NCBI GenBank assembly: GCA_964576795.1
Contig: CAZNWT010000005.1
Location: 17,696-81,695, forward strand
Direction: 5' to 3'
DNA from: an uncultured Victivallales bacterium
GTDB lineage: Bacteria > Verrucomicrobiota > Kiritimatiellia > UBA8416
DNA length: 64,000 bases
Shown here: positions 37,084-48,600 of the stretch, in pieces
Position numbering within the stretch: the stretch's first letter is position 1
Layout of the letters: each line of letters opens with the position of its first letter
The notes under the pieces: model-generated
Seen by the model: the letters and a program-made list of their open reading frames with translations, nothing else
Database searches by the model: none
Told to the model about the DNA's origin: nothing
Program-made: the position numbers and the translations under genes

Positions 37084-38292
37084 ATGGCGAAGGAAAAGTT
37101 CGAAAGAACGAAGCCGCACGTGAACGTCGGAACGATTGGGCACGTGGATCATGGCAAGACGACACTGACAGCGGCGATCACCAAGGTTCAGGCTCTTAAG
37201 GGGCTGAGTGAATTCATCGCCTACGACGAAGTTGCCAAGGCATCTGAATCTCAGGGTCGTCGTGACGCGACAAAGATTCTGACGATTGCAACGTCACATG
37301 TTGAGTACAGCACGGTCGCACGTCATTATGCGCACGTTGACTGTCCGGGACATGCTGACTACGTGAAGAACATGATCACGGGTGCTGCTCAAATGGATGG
37401 TGCGATTGTGGTATGTAGTGCTGCAGATGGTCCGATGCCTCAGACGCGTGAGCACATCTTACTGGCTCGTCAGGTGGGTGTTCCTGCGATCGTCGTTTTC
37501 CTTAATAAGGTTGATTTGGTTGATGACGAAGAGTTGCTTGAGCTGGTTGAGCTTGAGGTCCGTGAGTTGCTTTCCAAGTATGACTTCCCAGGCGACGACA
37601 TTCCGATCATTCGTGGCGATGCTCTTTCGGCAACGCATGCCAACTCGGCTGATGATCCTGCCTGTGAGTGCATCACGAACCTGATGGATGCTCTTGATTC
37701 CTACATTCCAGAGCCCGTTCGTGTGACAGATCAGGCATTCCTGATGCCGATTGAGGATGTGTTCTCGATTGAAGGACGTGGAACCGTGGTTACGGGTCGT
37801 ATCGAGCGTGGAATCATCAAAGTGGGTGAATCCGTCGAAATCGTGGGTATCCATGATACCGCCACGACGACAGCAACGGGCGTGGAAATGTTCCGTAAGT
37901 TGCTTGATCAGGGTGAAGCGGGTGATAATGTTGGTGTTCTGCTTCGTGGAACAAAGAAAGACGACGTGGAGCGTGGTCAAGTTTTGGCCAAGCCCGGTTC
38001 GATTACACCGCATACGGAGTTTGATTGCGAAGTCTACATTCTCAGCAAAGATGAGGGTGGCCGTCACACACCATTTTTCAAGGGCTACCGTCCTCAGTTC
38101 TACATTCGCACAACGGATGTAACGGGCGACATCACGCTTCCTGAAGGTGTTGAGATGGTGATGCCGGGTGACAGTGTCAGCATGTTTGTCAAATTGATCC
38201 AGCCCGTTGCGTTGGAAGACAAGATGCGTTTTGCTATCCGCGAAGGTGGCCGCACGGTGGGTGCTGGCACGGTAACGAAGATTCTTAAGTAG
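37084..38292 (+). CDS. tuf: Elongation factor Tu
   Basis: [18 protein letters not shown] and NKVD motifs with full-length identity to EF-Tu. The switch I region is unusual, reading [17 protein letters not shown]. Confidence 0.95.
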   Translation: MAKEKFERTKPHVNVGTIGHVDHGKTTLTAAITKVQALKGLSEFIAYDEVAKASESQGRRDATKILTIATSHVEYSTVARHYAHVDCPGHADYVKNMITGAAQMDGAIVVCSAADGPMPQTREHILLARQVGVPAIVVFLNKVDLVDDEELLELVELEVRELLSKYDFPGDDIPIIRGDALSATHANSADDPACECITNLMDALDSYIPEPVRVTDQAFLMPIEDVFSIEGRGTVVTGRIERGIIKVGESVEIVGIHDTATTTATGVEMFRKLLDQGEAGDNVGVLLRGTKKDDVERGQVLAKPGSITPHTEFDCEVYILSKDEGGRHTPFFKGYRPQFYIRTTDVTGDITLPEGVEMVMPGDSVSMFVKLIQPVALEDKMRFAIREGGRTVGAGTVTKILK

Positions 38293-38378
38293 TCGAGAAT
38301 TGACACCATAAACCGTTGATTTCGACTTTATCGCGCAAACATGCGCGGCGAAGTTGATTCGCGTGAGTCAGGGGAAAG

Positions 38379-38531
38379 ATGGCACGAGAACTTGTCACAT
38401 TGGCGTGCACTGAGTGCAAACGCAAAAATTACATGACGAAGAAGAACAAGACCAATACGCCTGGGCGTTTGGAAATGAAGAAGTTCTGTCCGTTTGAGCG
38501 TAAGCGCACTATACACCGCGAGACGAAGTAG
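38379..38531 (+). CDS. rpmG: 50S ribosomal protein L33 (50 aa), absent from the ORF track
   Basis: [50 protein letters not shown]. Confidence 0.8.
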   Translation: MARELVTLACTECKRKNYMTKKNKTNTPGRLEMKKFCPFERKRTIHRETK

Positions 38532-38556
38532 AACTCATTTGAACGATTTGTAGTAT

Positions 38557-38633
38557 AGGCCAGTAGCTCAATTTGGCAGAGCACCGGTCTCCAAAACCGG
38601 GGGTTGGGGGTTCGATTCCCTCCTGGCCTGCCA
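38557..38633 (+). tRNA. tRNA-Trp (anticodon CCA)
   Basis: The 77-nt cloverleaf has acceptor aggccag/ctggcct, anticodon loop ctCCAaa, T-loop ttcgatt and a 3' CCA. Confidence 0.8.
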
Positions 38634-38715
38634 CGGAAACCGGGAGTATTTACCACCGAGTGTGTGGGCCCATCCGGTACGTTTTGTTTAGAGGATAAGA
38701 AAAAGGTCCGCTGGC

Positions 38716-38928
38716 ATGAAGCAGAAGACGGATTCAACAATCACACGACTCAAGACGTTCCTCAATGAGGTGGTGCTTGAGATGAAACGTTCTTCCTGGC
38801 CGGAGCGAAAGACGCTTGTGTCACACACGGTAATCGTGATTGTGTCCGTTTGCATGCTGGGTGTTTTTGTAGGTATTAGCGATAAAATTCTGGCCACCTT
38901 GCTCCGGTGGCTGGTTCCGCAGGGGTGA
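38716..38928 (+). CDS. secE: Preprotein translocase SecE
   Basis: A 70-aa single-TM protein in the conserved position before nusG. Confidence 0.8.
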   Translation: MKQKTDSTITRLKTFLNEVVLEMKRSSWPERKTLVSHTVIVIVSVCMLGVFVGISDKILATLLRWLVPQG

Positions 38929-38936
38929 GGCATACA

Positions 38937-39485
38937 ATGGACAAGCAATGGTTTGTGATTCACACGCTGACGGGACAGGAAGGCAAGGTCCAGGAAAGCA
39001 TTAACAAGCGCCTCAAGATTGAGGAGATGGAAGATCTTCTTGATGAGGTGATCATTCCCACCGAGAAGGTGTCGGAAGTGAAGCGTGGTGTACGTTCCAC
39101 GACAACCCGAAAGTTTTTTCCTGGATATGTGCTTGTGCATATTGCCCTTTATGGCCCTGAGCGTGAGATGATTGAGCGTTCCTGGCACTTCATAAAGGAG
39201 ACCGGTGGGGTGATTGGCTTTGTTGGTGGTGAACGGCCGGTTCCGCTACTGCCTGAGGAAGTTGACTCTGTTCTGAATCAAGTTGAGGAGAAGCAGGAGA
39301 AGGTAGCGCCCAAGGTGGCCTTCGAGCCTGGAGAAACCATCAAGATCAACGATGGACCGTTCCTCAACTTCAATGGTTGTGTTGAAGAAATTGACCCCGA
39401 TCGTGGAAAACTTAAGGTTTCGGTTGCTATTTTTGGTCGAACGGCTCCAGTTGAGCTTGAGTACTGGCAAGTGGAACGCGTCTAG
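38937..39485 (+). CDS. nusG: Transcription antiterminator NusG
   Basis: NGN domain (WFVIHTLTGQEGKV) and a C-terminal KOW. Confidence 0.9.
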   Translation: MDKQWFVIHTLTGQEGKVQESINKRLKIEEMEDLLDEVIIPTEKVSEVKRGVRSTTTRKFFPGYVLVHIALYGPEREMIERSWHFIKETGGVIGFVGGERPVPLLPEEVDSVLNQVEEKQEKVAPKVAFEPGETIKINDGPFLNFNGCVEEIDPDRGKLKVSVAIFGRTAPVELEYWQVERV

Positions 39486-39545
39486 ATGGGGATAATAGTC
39501 CCCCCGCCCGAACGTCATTAAACGCATATAGAGAGTGAGGACAAG

Positions 39546-39977
39546 ATGGCCAAGAAAGTCATCGGTGAAATTAAGCTGCAGATTCCTGCAGGTAAGGCGA
39601 ATCCTGCACCACCGGTTGGTCCGGCGCTTGGACAGCATGGTGTCAACATCATGGAGTTCTGCAAGGCGTTCAACGCACAGACTCAGGATGCGGATAAGGC
39701 AGGGTTGGTTATTCCGGTAGTCATCAGTGTCTACGCAGATCGTTCATTTAGCTTTATAACAAAAAGTCCACCCGCTGCGTCGCTGCTTAAACGTGCCGTG
39801 GGGTTGGCAAAAGGATCTGGCGTGCCCAACTTGGAAAAGGTGGGGACTGTGACGCGGGATCAGCTGCTTGAAATCGTACGGCTCAAGATGGCAGACATCA
39901 ATGCCAACGACGAAGAAGCGGGAATCAAAATCATTGCCGGAACCGCCCGTAGTATGGGCATCGACGTTGTAGATTAA
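39546..39977 (+). CDS. rplK: 50S ribosomal protein L11
   Basis: [30 protein letters not shown]. Confidence 0.95.
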   Translation: MAKKVIGEIKLQIPAGKANPAPPVGPALGQHGVNIMEFCKAFNAQTQDADKAGLVIPVVISVYADRSFSFITKSPPAASLLKRAVGLAKGSGVPNLEKVGTVTRDQLLEIVRLKMADINANDEEAGIKIIAGTARSMGIDVVD

Positions 39978-40095
39978 AGGATCTGTTAAACGGGAGCTTT
40001 TGAGCCGTCTCCGTGAGTGCGGATGATAGGGAGAGAGCGAAGACCGAGTTGCTTGCGAATGCGGGCAGGTCATCACAGAGGGGAACCAATACCAT

Positions 40096-40791
40096 ATGCC
40101 GAAACACGGAAAGACATACGCGGGCATCAAGGCGCAAGCACCGACTGAGGTGCTGTCAATTGAGGCCGCAGTGGATTTTCTTAAGGCTAACCCGGTGGCA
40201 AAGTTTGACGAGACCGTCGAACTTTCCATGAAGATGGGGTTGGACGCAGGAAAGTCTGATAATTCAGTTCGCGGAACGTGCGGGTTACCGCATGGCTCGG
40301 GGCGAGCGGTGCGGGTACTTGTATTTGCTTCGGGTGCAGCTGCAGATGCGGCTCTGGAAGCGGGGGCCGATTTTGTTGGCAACGAGGACATGATTGAGAA
40401 GGTCAAAGGCGGTTTTACCGATTTTGACGTTGCGATATCAACGCCGGAAGCGATGAAAGAGGTGCGCAAACTGGGTCGTGTTCTAGGGCCGCGAGGGCTG
40501 ATGCCGAATCCCAAAACGGGAACGGTAACAGATGATACGGTACAGGCGGTTAAGGCAGCCAAGGCCGGGCGGGTTGAATTCCGCATGGATCGCAATGGCA
40601 ACATTAACACACCCGCAGGTAAGCTCTCCTTCGAGGCAGCTCATCTTGTGGAGAATCTCAATACGATCATTGATGCCATCAAGGCGGCAAAGCCGGCTGG
40701 GGCCAAGGGTACGTATATCAAGAATTGCAGCCTGACATCCACGATGGGGGTTGGACTTCGGGTAAATGTCAGGGATCAGCTTGCGGGGTAG
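40096..40791 (+). CDS. rplA: 50S ribosomal protein L1
   Basis: L1 family. The ~118-bp leader is plausibly an L1 autoregulatory site. Confidence 0.95.
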   Translation: MPKHGKTYAGIKAQAPTEVLSIEAAVDFLKANPVAKFDETVELSMKMGLDAGKSDNSVRGTCGLPHGSGRAVRVLVFASGAAADAALEAGADFVGNEDMIEKVKGGFTDFDVAISTPEAMKEVRKLGRVLGPRGLMPNPKTGTVTDDTVQAVKAAKAGRVEFRMDRNGNINTPAGKLSFEAAHLVENLNTIIDAIKAAKPAGAKGTYIKNCSLTSTMGVGLRVNVRDQLAG

Positions 40792-40797
40792 AATACG

Positions 40798-41319
40798 ATG
40801 AGACTGGAAAAAGAATCTATTGTGCGTGAGGCAAAGGCTGCACTTGATGCCGCGGAGTACGCATTTCTTGCGGACTATCGAGGGATGAATGTTAAGCAGT
40901 TTGCCGAGATTCGGCAGGCGCTCGCGGAGACTGACTCCGAGATGCACGTGCTGAAGAACAGCTTCATTGGAATCGCTATGGGTGATGATCGCCGCAAGGC
41001 GCTTGCCAACGACCTTCAAGGACCGACCGGCCTGATTACAGGAAAAGGCGATCCCTCTGCGACGGCCAAAGTTCTCACAAAATATGCGAAAATTAATGGG
41101 CTTCCTGTCCTGAAGGGCGGAATCCTAAATGAACAGACTCTGTCGGCAAACGACGTTGAGGCGATGGCAAAGATTCCACCGCGCGACGTATTGCTGAGTC
41201 AGTTTGTTGGTACGGTTCAGGCACCAATGACGTCACTGGTTGGCGTTATGAATGCGAAGGTGTTGAGCGTGTTGTATGTATTGAAATCAATTGAAGAAAA
41301 GAAGAATAGCGCTGCGTAA
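40798..41319 (+). CDS. rplJ: 50S ribosomal protein L10
   Basis: L10 family, located between rplA and rplL. Confidence 0.9.
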   Translation: MRLEKESIVREAKAALDAAEYAFLADYRGMNVKQFAEIRQALAETDSEMHVLKNSFIGIAMGDDRRKALANDLQGPTGLITGKGDPSATAKVLTKYAKINGLPVLKGGILNEQTLSANDVEAMAKIPPRDVLLSQFVGTVQAPMTSLVGVMNAKVLSVLYVLKSIEEKKNSAA

Positions 41320-41348
41320 CGGACTGCGTGAAAAAGGAGAAATGAGTT

Positions 41349-41756
41349 ATGACTGAAGAGGTCAAAGAAGCACAAGTTGTTGAAGGTAAGATGGCCGAAT
41401 TCATTGATTGGATCGAGGGCATCAGCGTTCTGGAACTCTCACAGCTCGTCAAGGCGCTTGAAGATCGTCTGGGCGTGACGGCTGCTGCACCAATGGCAGC
41501 TGCTGCGGCTGCCCCCGTCGATGGTGGTGGTGCTGTTGAAGAGAAAACTGAGTTTGACGTAATCCTCACAGAGATGGGTGCTAAGAAGATCGGAGTCATC
41601 AAGGAAGTGCGAGCGATCACCGGTTTGGGTTTGAAGGACTCGAAGGACTTGGTTGAAGCTGCTCCGAAGGCTGTTAAAGAGGGCGTTTCCAAGGACGAAG
41701 CTGAAGAGATCAAGGGCAAACTTGAAGCGGCCGGTGCTACGGTCGAAGTGAAGTAG
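41349..41756 (+). CDS. rplL: 50S ribosomal protein L7/L12
   Basis: Ala-rich hinge plus [21 protein letters not shown]. There is a ~14-aa N-terminal extension if ATG 41349 is used. Confidence 0.9.
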   Translation: MTEEVKEAQVVEGKMAEFIDWIEGISVLELSQLVKALEDRLGVTAAAPMAAAAAAPVDGGGAVEEKTEFDVILTEMGAKKIGVIKEVRAITGLGLKDSKDLVEAAPKAVKEGVSKDEAEEIKGKLEAAGATVEVK

Positions 41757-41815
41757 CAACGGTTTTGCTATTCACCGTTTTCTTCAAGTCGTTTTTGATC
41801 TAACAGCGAGGTGCC

Positions 41816-44800
41816 TTGGTGGTCGAAAGAATAAATTTCGGAAAACTGCGGGAAATCATTGATCCGCCAGATTTGATTGACGTGCAGACACGGTCGTATT
41901 GCGACTTTTTGCAGCGCGATCTATTATCGGACAAACGTAAGGCTCAGGGATTAGAGAGCGTCTTTCGCGAGGTATTTCCTATCGAAAGTTACGATGGTCG
42001 TTACATCCTGGACTTTGTAAAGTATGAGCTCTCGGATCCGAAGTTGGACCCAGTAGAGAGTGTCTATGAGGGGCAGACTTTTGCTGCTCCGTTGCATGTA
42101 ACCTTCCGTCTTAAAGATGGAGATCACGTCACAGAAGATGTGGTTTATATGGGTGAAGTGCCATTGATGACCGATACGGGTGCATTTGTGGTGAATGGGG
42201 CTGAGCGCGTTGTCGTGAGTCAGCTACATCGTTCGCCTGGAATTTGTTCAGAGAAATCAACCCATGCCAATGGGGCTACGCTGTACTCCATGCGTATCAT
42301 CCCGGATCGGGGTTCGTGGATTGAAATCCAGTTCGACACCTCGGACTTGATCTGGATCTATATGGATCGCAAACGCCGTCGTCGTAAGTTTCTGGCGACG
42401 ACGTTCCTGCGCGCTCTTGGATACGGATCCGACGAGGAAGTGTTAGGTCTCTATTATGACTTTGCTGAGCTGAAGCTCACGGCGTCGTTGGACGAGTCCG
42501 ATTACATTTCCAAAGTCTTCAAAGACGACATCATTGATCTCGACTCGAAAACGATTCTTGCCCGCAAATATGAGCCGGTTACGGATGCTGCCGTGACACA
42601 GATCAAGGCGGCTGGGGTCAAGAGTGTTAACATTGTTGATGTTTCTTGGGATGAGGGTGTTCTTCTCCAGAGCCTTAAGGCGGATCCGACCCGGTCTTCT
42701 GATGACGCTCTGAAGGATATTTATCACAAACTGCGTCCTGGTGATCCTGCGACGCCATCCAATGCTCGTCAACTGCTCCGCCGTTTGTTCTTTGATCCGC
42801 GCCGTTACGATCTCGGTCGTGTGGGCCGTTACAAGATCAACCAGAAGCTGGGATTGGACGGAGAGATTGACAATGAGATGCGTGTTCTAGACGAGCGGGA
42901 TGTGATTGAAGCCTTACGGCATTTGATCAATGTCCGTCGTGGTGCCGAGAATGTTGATGATATTGACCATCTCGGAAGCCGCCGTGTTCGTACCGTTGGG
43001 GAGCTGATGGAGAATCAGTGTCGTGTTGGGCTGGCGCGTACTGAGCGTCTTATCCGCGAACGTATGACACTGTTTGATCCCTCAACGGGTGTTTTGACGC
43101 CACAGCGTTTGGTCAATTCCAAATCGCTATCGGCTGTTGTTCAGGATTTCTTTGGGCGCAGTCAGTTGAGCCAATTCATGGATCAGACGAACCCTCTGTC
43201 TGAGCTGGCGCATAAGCGTCGTCTCAGCGCGTTAGGACCAGGTGGTTTGAGTCGTGAGCGTGCCGGGTTCGAGGTACGAGACGTGCACAGCAGTCACTAT
43301 GGTCGCATCTGTCCGATCGAGACTCCTGAAGGACCAAACATTGGTTTGATCTCATCGTTGAGTATCTATGCCCGTGTTAATGATTTTGGTTTCATTGAAA
43401 GTCCTTACCGCAAGGTGAAGAACGGCCGAGTCACCGATGAGGTCGAGTTCCTATCTGCAGATAAAGAAGAGCGGTACGTGATTGCTCAGGCAAATGCGCC
43501 TTTGGCGGATAATGGTGATTTTGTAAATCCTCTGGTATCTGTGCGGCATCGTGGCGATTTTCTGGAAGTCCCGGGGACAGAGATTAACTACATGGATGTT
43601 TCTCCGAAGCAGGTGATTAGTATCGCTGCCGGAATGATTCCATTCTTGGAGCATGATGATGCTAACCGTGCTTTGATGGGTGCGAACATGATGCGCCAGG
43701 GGGTGCCTCTGCTACGTTCCGAGCGTCCATTTGTTGCTACGGGCCTCGAAGGACGTGCTGCACGCGATTCGCGTGTCATGGTGGTTTCTAAGAGCGATGG
43801 TGTTGTGGCGTATGTTACGGCCAAAAAGATCGTTGTCTCAAAAGATGGAAAGATGCCAACCAAGCGGTCCGGTGCTGACACGTATTGCGAGTATGTTCTG
43901 GAAAAATTTCGTCGATCAAATGCAGGAACCTGCATTAACCAGAAGCCTATTGTTCGCGTTGGACAAAAGGTGAAGATTGGGGAGACTCTTGCGGATGGAC
44001 CTGCTACGGATCAGGGCGAGATCGCGCTTGGTAAGAATCTGCAGGTTGCGTTTATGCCGTGGGCTGGCTACAACTTCGAGGATGCTATTATTATCAGCGA
44101 ACGCTTAGTGCGTGCTGATACGTTCACGAGCATCCAGATCTCGGAATTTGAAGTGGGTGCCCGTGATACAAAACTTGGCCCGGAAGAGATCACGCGTGAC
44201 ATTCCGAATGTGGGAGAGGAAGCCCTTCGCAACCTTGGACCGGATGGTGTGATTCGTCCAGGAGCGGAAGTCCGTCCTGGTGACATTCTGGTTGGCAAGA
44301 TTACGCCGAAGAGTGAGACGGAGCTGGCGCCGGAAGAGCGCCTGTTGCGAGCGATCTTCGGAGAGAAGGCTGCGGAAGTCCGTGATACGTCGCTGACAGT
44401 TCCAAGTGGTACCTACGGAATCGTGATGGACGTGAAAGTCACGGCGCACAAAGAGGCGAAGCGGGCCGAAGCTACCCCGACAGAGCGTAAGCGACAGCGG
44501 AAAGCTATAGAAGAGGAGCATAAGACGAATCGGCAGGAACTCCACGAGGATCTGACCGAAGCGCTGAGCAACATTCTATTGGGAGAAAAAATCCCATTGG
44601 ATGTACGTGATGCGGAAGCGGGGGAAGTTATTATCCCGGCAAATCGCAAGATCACTAAAACGCTCCTTCGAAAATTGGCAGCTGCAAGCGATCATATTCA
44701 GATTGAGAGCAGTCCGATTCAGATCAAGATTGATGAGATTATTGGCGAGTATAAACCTAAACTTGTCGATCTTGATGAAGAGCGTCAGCGAGCCCTTGAG

Positions 44801-45583
44801 CGTTTGGAAAGTGGAGATGACCTTGATGCCGGCATTATCAAGCAGGTAAGGGTTTATGTTGCAGCCAAAAAGAAGCTCTCGGTAGGGGATAAGCTTGCCG
44901 GTCGCCACGGAAATAAGGGTGTTGTTTCTCGACTCGTTCCGGATGGTGATATGCCATTCTTGCCGGATGGTTCGACGGTTGACATTCTTTTGAATCCGCT
45001 GGGTGTTCCTTCACGAATGAATCTGGGTCAAGTGTTTGAAACGCATCTTGGCGCCGCCTGTAAGATTCTTGGAATTCATGCAGCAACACCTGTGTTCGAC
45101 GGTATTGCGGAGCGCGATATTGAAGACATGATGGAGCAGGCCGGAATGGAGCGCGATGGAAAGACCGTCCTTTATGATGGTCGAACGGGAGAACCGTTTG
45201 ATCAGCGCATTGTGGTGGGGCAGATCTACATTCTGAAGTTGCACCATCTCGTCACAGACAAGATTCATGCTCGTGCTGTTGGCCCTTACTCTCTTGTGAC
45301 TCAGCAACCGCTCGGAGGCAAAGCTCAGTATGGTGGGCAGCGTCTCGGAGAGATGGAAGTGTGGGCGCTTGAAGCGTATGGTGTCGCCTATGCCTTGCAG
45401 GAATTATTGACAGTCAAGAGTGATGATGTTGCGGGTCGCACGAAGATTTATGAGTCCATCGTTAAGGGGACAAACACGCTTGAGGCTGGAATGCCGGAAT
45501 CCTTTAGCGTGCTTATCAACGAATTGCGTGGACTGTGTCTTGATGTTCTGATTGAAGGCGATAAAAAAGACCGATTGCTTTAA
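41816..45583 (+). CDS. rpoB: DNA-directed RNA polymerase beta subunit (TTG start)
   Basis: 1255 aa with full-length β-subunit similarity. The RBS gaggtg precedes the TTG start. Confidence 0.95.
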   Translation: MVVERINFGKLREIIDPPDLIDVQTRSYCDFLQRDLLSDKRKAQGLESVFREVFPIESYDGRYILDFVKYELSDPKLDPVESVYEGQTFAAPLHVTFRLKDGDHVTEDVVYMGEVPLMTDTGAFVVNGAERVVVSQLHRSPGICSEKSTHANGATLYSMRIIPDRGSWIEIQFDTSDLIWIYMDRKRRRRKFLATTFLRALGYGSDEEVLGLYYDFAELKLTASLDESDYISKVFKDDIIDLDSKTILARKYEPVTDAAVTQIKAAGVKSVNIVDVSWDEGVLLQSLKADPTRSSDDALKDIYHKLRPGDPATPSNARQLLRRLFFDPRRYDLGRVGRYKINQKLGLDGEIDNEMRVLDERDVIEALRHLINVRRGAENVDDIDHLGSRRVRTVGELMENQCRVGLARTERLIRERMTLFDPSTGVLTPQRLVNSKSLSAVVQDFFGRSQLSQFMDQTNPLSELAHKRRLSALGPGGLSRERAGFEVRDVHSSHYGRICPIETPEGPNIGLISSLSIYARVNDFGFIESPYRKVKNGRVTDEVEFLSADKEERYVIAQANAPLADNGDFVNPLVSVRHRGDFLEVPGTEINYMDVSPKQVISIAAGMIPFLEHDDANRALMGANMMRQGVPLLRSERPFVATGLEGRAARDSRVMVVSKSDGVVAYVTAKKIVVSKDGKMPTKRSGADTYCEYVLEKFRRSNAGTCINQKPIVRVGQKVKIGETLADGPATDQGEIALGKNLQVAFMPWAGYNFEDAIIISERLVRADTFTSIQISEFEVGARDTKLGPEEITRDIPNVGEEALRNLGPDGVIRPGAEVRPGDILVGKITPKSETELAPEERLLRAIFGEKAAEVRDTSLTVPSGTYGIVMDVKVTAHKEAKRAEATPTERKRQRKAIEEEHKTNRQELHEDLTEALSNILLGEKIPLDVRDAEAGEVIIPANRKITKTLLRKLAAASDHIQIESSPIQIKIDEIIGEYKPKLVDLDEERQRALERLESGDDLDAGIIKQVRVYVAAKKKLSVGDKLAGRHGNKGVVSRLVPDGDMPFLPDGSTVDILLNPLGVPSRMNLGQVFETHLGAACKILGIHAATPVFDGIAERDIEDMMEQAGMERDGKTVLYDGRTGEPFDQRIVVGQIYILKLHHLVTDKIHARAVGPYSLVTQQPLGGKAQYGGQRLGEMEVWALEAYGVAYALQELLTVKSDDVAGRTKIYESIVKGTNTLEAGMPESFSVLINELRGLCLDVLIEGDKKDRLL

Positions 45584-45609
45584 CCTATTAGAAGCCGGGA
45601 GGCTATACT

Positions 45610-48600
45610 TTGAATCCAATCCTAGGCAAAGAAACAAGTGGCTTGAGCGAGGTCGGCACATTCAACTCTGTTGGCATCACGCTGGCGGCGCCGGAAACGA
45701 TCCGCTCCTGGAGCCGTGGTGAAGTTAAGAACCCTGAGACGATCAACTATCGAACCTATAAGCCTGAGCGCGGTGGATTGTTCTGCGAGCGCATTTTTGG
45801 CCCGACACGGGACTGGGAATGTAGCTGTGGAAAGTACAAGCGCATCAAGCACAAGGGTGTGATTTGTGATCGTTGTGGTGTTGAGGTTACGGTATCCCGC
45901 GTGCGTCGCGAACGCATGGGGCATATTGAATTGGCCGTACCGGTCTCTCACATATGGTTCTTCAAGTGTACCCCGAGTCGCATTGGATTGATGCTGGATA
46001 TCACGGCAAGCAGTCTTGAACGGGTGTTGTACTATGAAGATTATATTGTTACGGATGCTGGTGATACACCCCTTAAAGCGAAGCAACTTCTGAACGAACT
46101 TGAGTATCGTGAAGCGCGGGAGAAGTACGGAGATTCATTCTCTGCCAAGATGGGAGCGGAAGGCATTCGCGATCTGCTCACGGCCGTTAAACTTGAAGAG
46201 TTGATGATTGAGCTCGAAGCGGCGATGGAGAAGACGCGCAGCAAGCAGACTCGTAAGAAGCTTTCGAAGCGAATGAAAGTTACTGAGGGGTTTCGCACGA
46301 GCGTAACGCGGCCGGAGTGGATGATTCTGGACGTGCTTCCTGTGATTCCGCCGGACTTGCGTCCGTTGGTGCCTCTAGAGGGTGGTCGCTTTGCTACATC
46401 GGATCTAAACGATCTGTATCGTCGCGTCATCAATCGTAATAATCGTTTGAAGAACCTTCAGCAGCTTAAAACGCCAGATGTCATCATTCGCAATGAGAAG
46501 CGCATGCTACAGGAAGCCGTTGACGCTGTCTTTGACAACGGGCGTCATGGACGGCCTGTGACCGGCGCCGGAAATCGTCCCCTGAAGTCCTTGAGCGATA
46601 TGCTTCGCGGTAAGGGTGGCCGTTTCCGTCAGAATCTACTCGGAAAGCGAGTGGATTACTCCGGTCGTTCCGTCATTGTTGTGGGGCCAGAGTTGAAGTT
46701 GAACCAGTGTGGATTGCCCAAGAAGATGGCATTGACGCTGTTTGAGCCGTTCATCATTCGTCGTCTTAAGGAGATGGGTGTTGTGCATACGGTGCGCAGC
46801 GCCAAAAAATTGATTGAGCGTCAGTCTGACGAAGTCTGGGATATTCTCGAGGAGATTACGCAAGACAAGACGGTTATGCTTAACCGTGCTCCGACCTTGC
46901 ATCGCTTGAGTGTTCAATCGTTTGAGCCGAAATTGGTTGAGGGAGAAGCCATTCATCTGCATCCGCTGGTGTGTACAGCCTTTAACGCTGACTTCGATGG
47001 TGACCAGATGGCAGTTCATGTTCCGCTTTCAATTGAAGCGCAGCTTGAGTCGCGTTTGTTGATGATGTCAACCAACAGTATCTTCTCACCCTCAAGTGGA
47101 AAGTCGGTAATGACACCGACGCAGGATATTGCGTTAGGCATTTATTATATGACGACGCTGTCGCAAGCGGACAAGATGCGTAAATTCCGCCCCGGACATG
47201 ATCCTGATGCGCTTGAGCATCTTCCGATTTTCGTGAATAACAACGAAGTGCTATTGGCACATGTTGAGGGTGCGGTCACCGTTCATGACCGGATTCGCCT
47301 GCGGAACCCGGATTTTGGTAAAGATACGGCCTTTGGTGATTCCGAAACACGTGTTATTGAGACTACTGTGGGTCGTGTGTTCTTCAATGAGGTCTGGCCT
47401 GAGGAAATTGGCTTTGTAAATAAGCCCGTTGACAAGGGTGTTCTGGGTTCGTTGATTTGGCATTGCCATAAGCGTGCTGGACATGCAGCAACTGTAATAG
47501 CGCTAGATGCATTGAAGGAAACGGGGTTCGAGCACGCAACACTGGCGGGAGTCTCAATTGGTATGGTTGACATGATCATTCCACCGGAGAAACCAGAAAT
47601 TCTTGCTGGTTCCCGTAAGCAGGTTGCCGAGGTAGATGCCCAGTACCGCAAGGGTGTGATTACGGATGGCGAGCGCTACAACAAGATCGTCGATATCTGG
47701 ACGCATGCTACGGAAGAGATTTCGAACGCAATGTATACGGCCATTGAGGAAAATAAGGGTAGTGATGAGACCAACCCTGTCTTCATGATGGTTGATTCTA
47801 AGGCGCGTGGTAGTCGTCAACAGATTCGTCAGCTTGCCGGCATGCGTGGTTTGATGGCGAAGCCGTCTGGTGAGATTATTGAACGTCCGATTACGTCCAA
47901 TTTCCGTGAAGGCCTGAGTGTTCTTGAATATTTTATTAGTACACACGGTGCCCGTAAGGGATTGGCAGATACGGCGTTGAAAACCGCTGATGCGGGTTAC
48001 CTGACGCGAAAGCTTGTTGATGTGGCACAGGATGTCATCGTTGTTGAGCAGGATTGCAATACGGTTAACGGTATTGAGATCAAAGCGATTACAGAAGGTG
48101 ATGAAGAACTCGTTGGTTTGGATACTCGAGTTTTGGGGCGTACAGCTCTGACCGATATCATAGATCCCACTACTGGAAAAGTGATCTGTAAGATGAACGA
48201 TGAGATCGACGAGGAGAAGGCCGCTCTAATTATGTCTTCTGGTGTTGAGCGCGTTCGTATTCGCAGCGTGCTGACCTGTGAGAGCCGTCGTGGTCTTTGT
48301 GCACGCTGCTATGGGCGTGATTTGGCCACGGGCAATGCGGCCGAGGTGGGGACGGCAGTGGGCATTATTGCGGCACAGTCGATTGGCGAACCTGGAACCC
48401 AGCTCACCATGCGTACGTTCCATATTGGTGGCACTGCGAGTTCTGTGTTCAAGCAGCCTGAGATTATCGTGAAGCACAAGGGGTCGGTGCGTTATCATGA
48501 ATTGCGCGTGGTGCAGAACACCGAGGGTGATAATGTTGTGCTGAACAAGAATGGTGTGATTAGCGTACACAATGCATCAGGGCATGAAGTTGAACGCTAT

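Noticed and set aside
37459-38067. 202-aa ORF on the minus strand
   Set aside because: It is antisense to tuf.
39744-40610. 288-aa ORF on the minus strand
   Set aside because: It is antisense to rplK/rplA.
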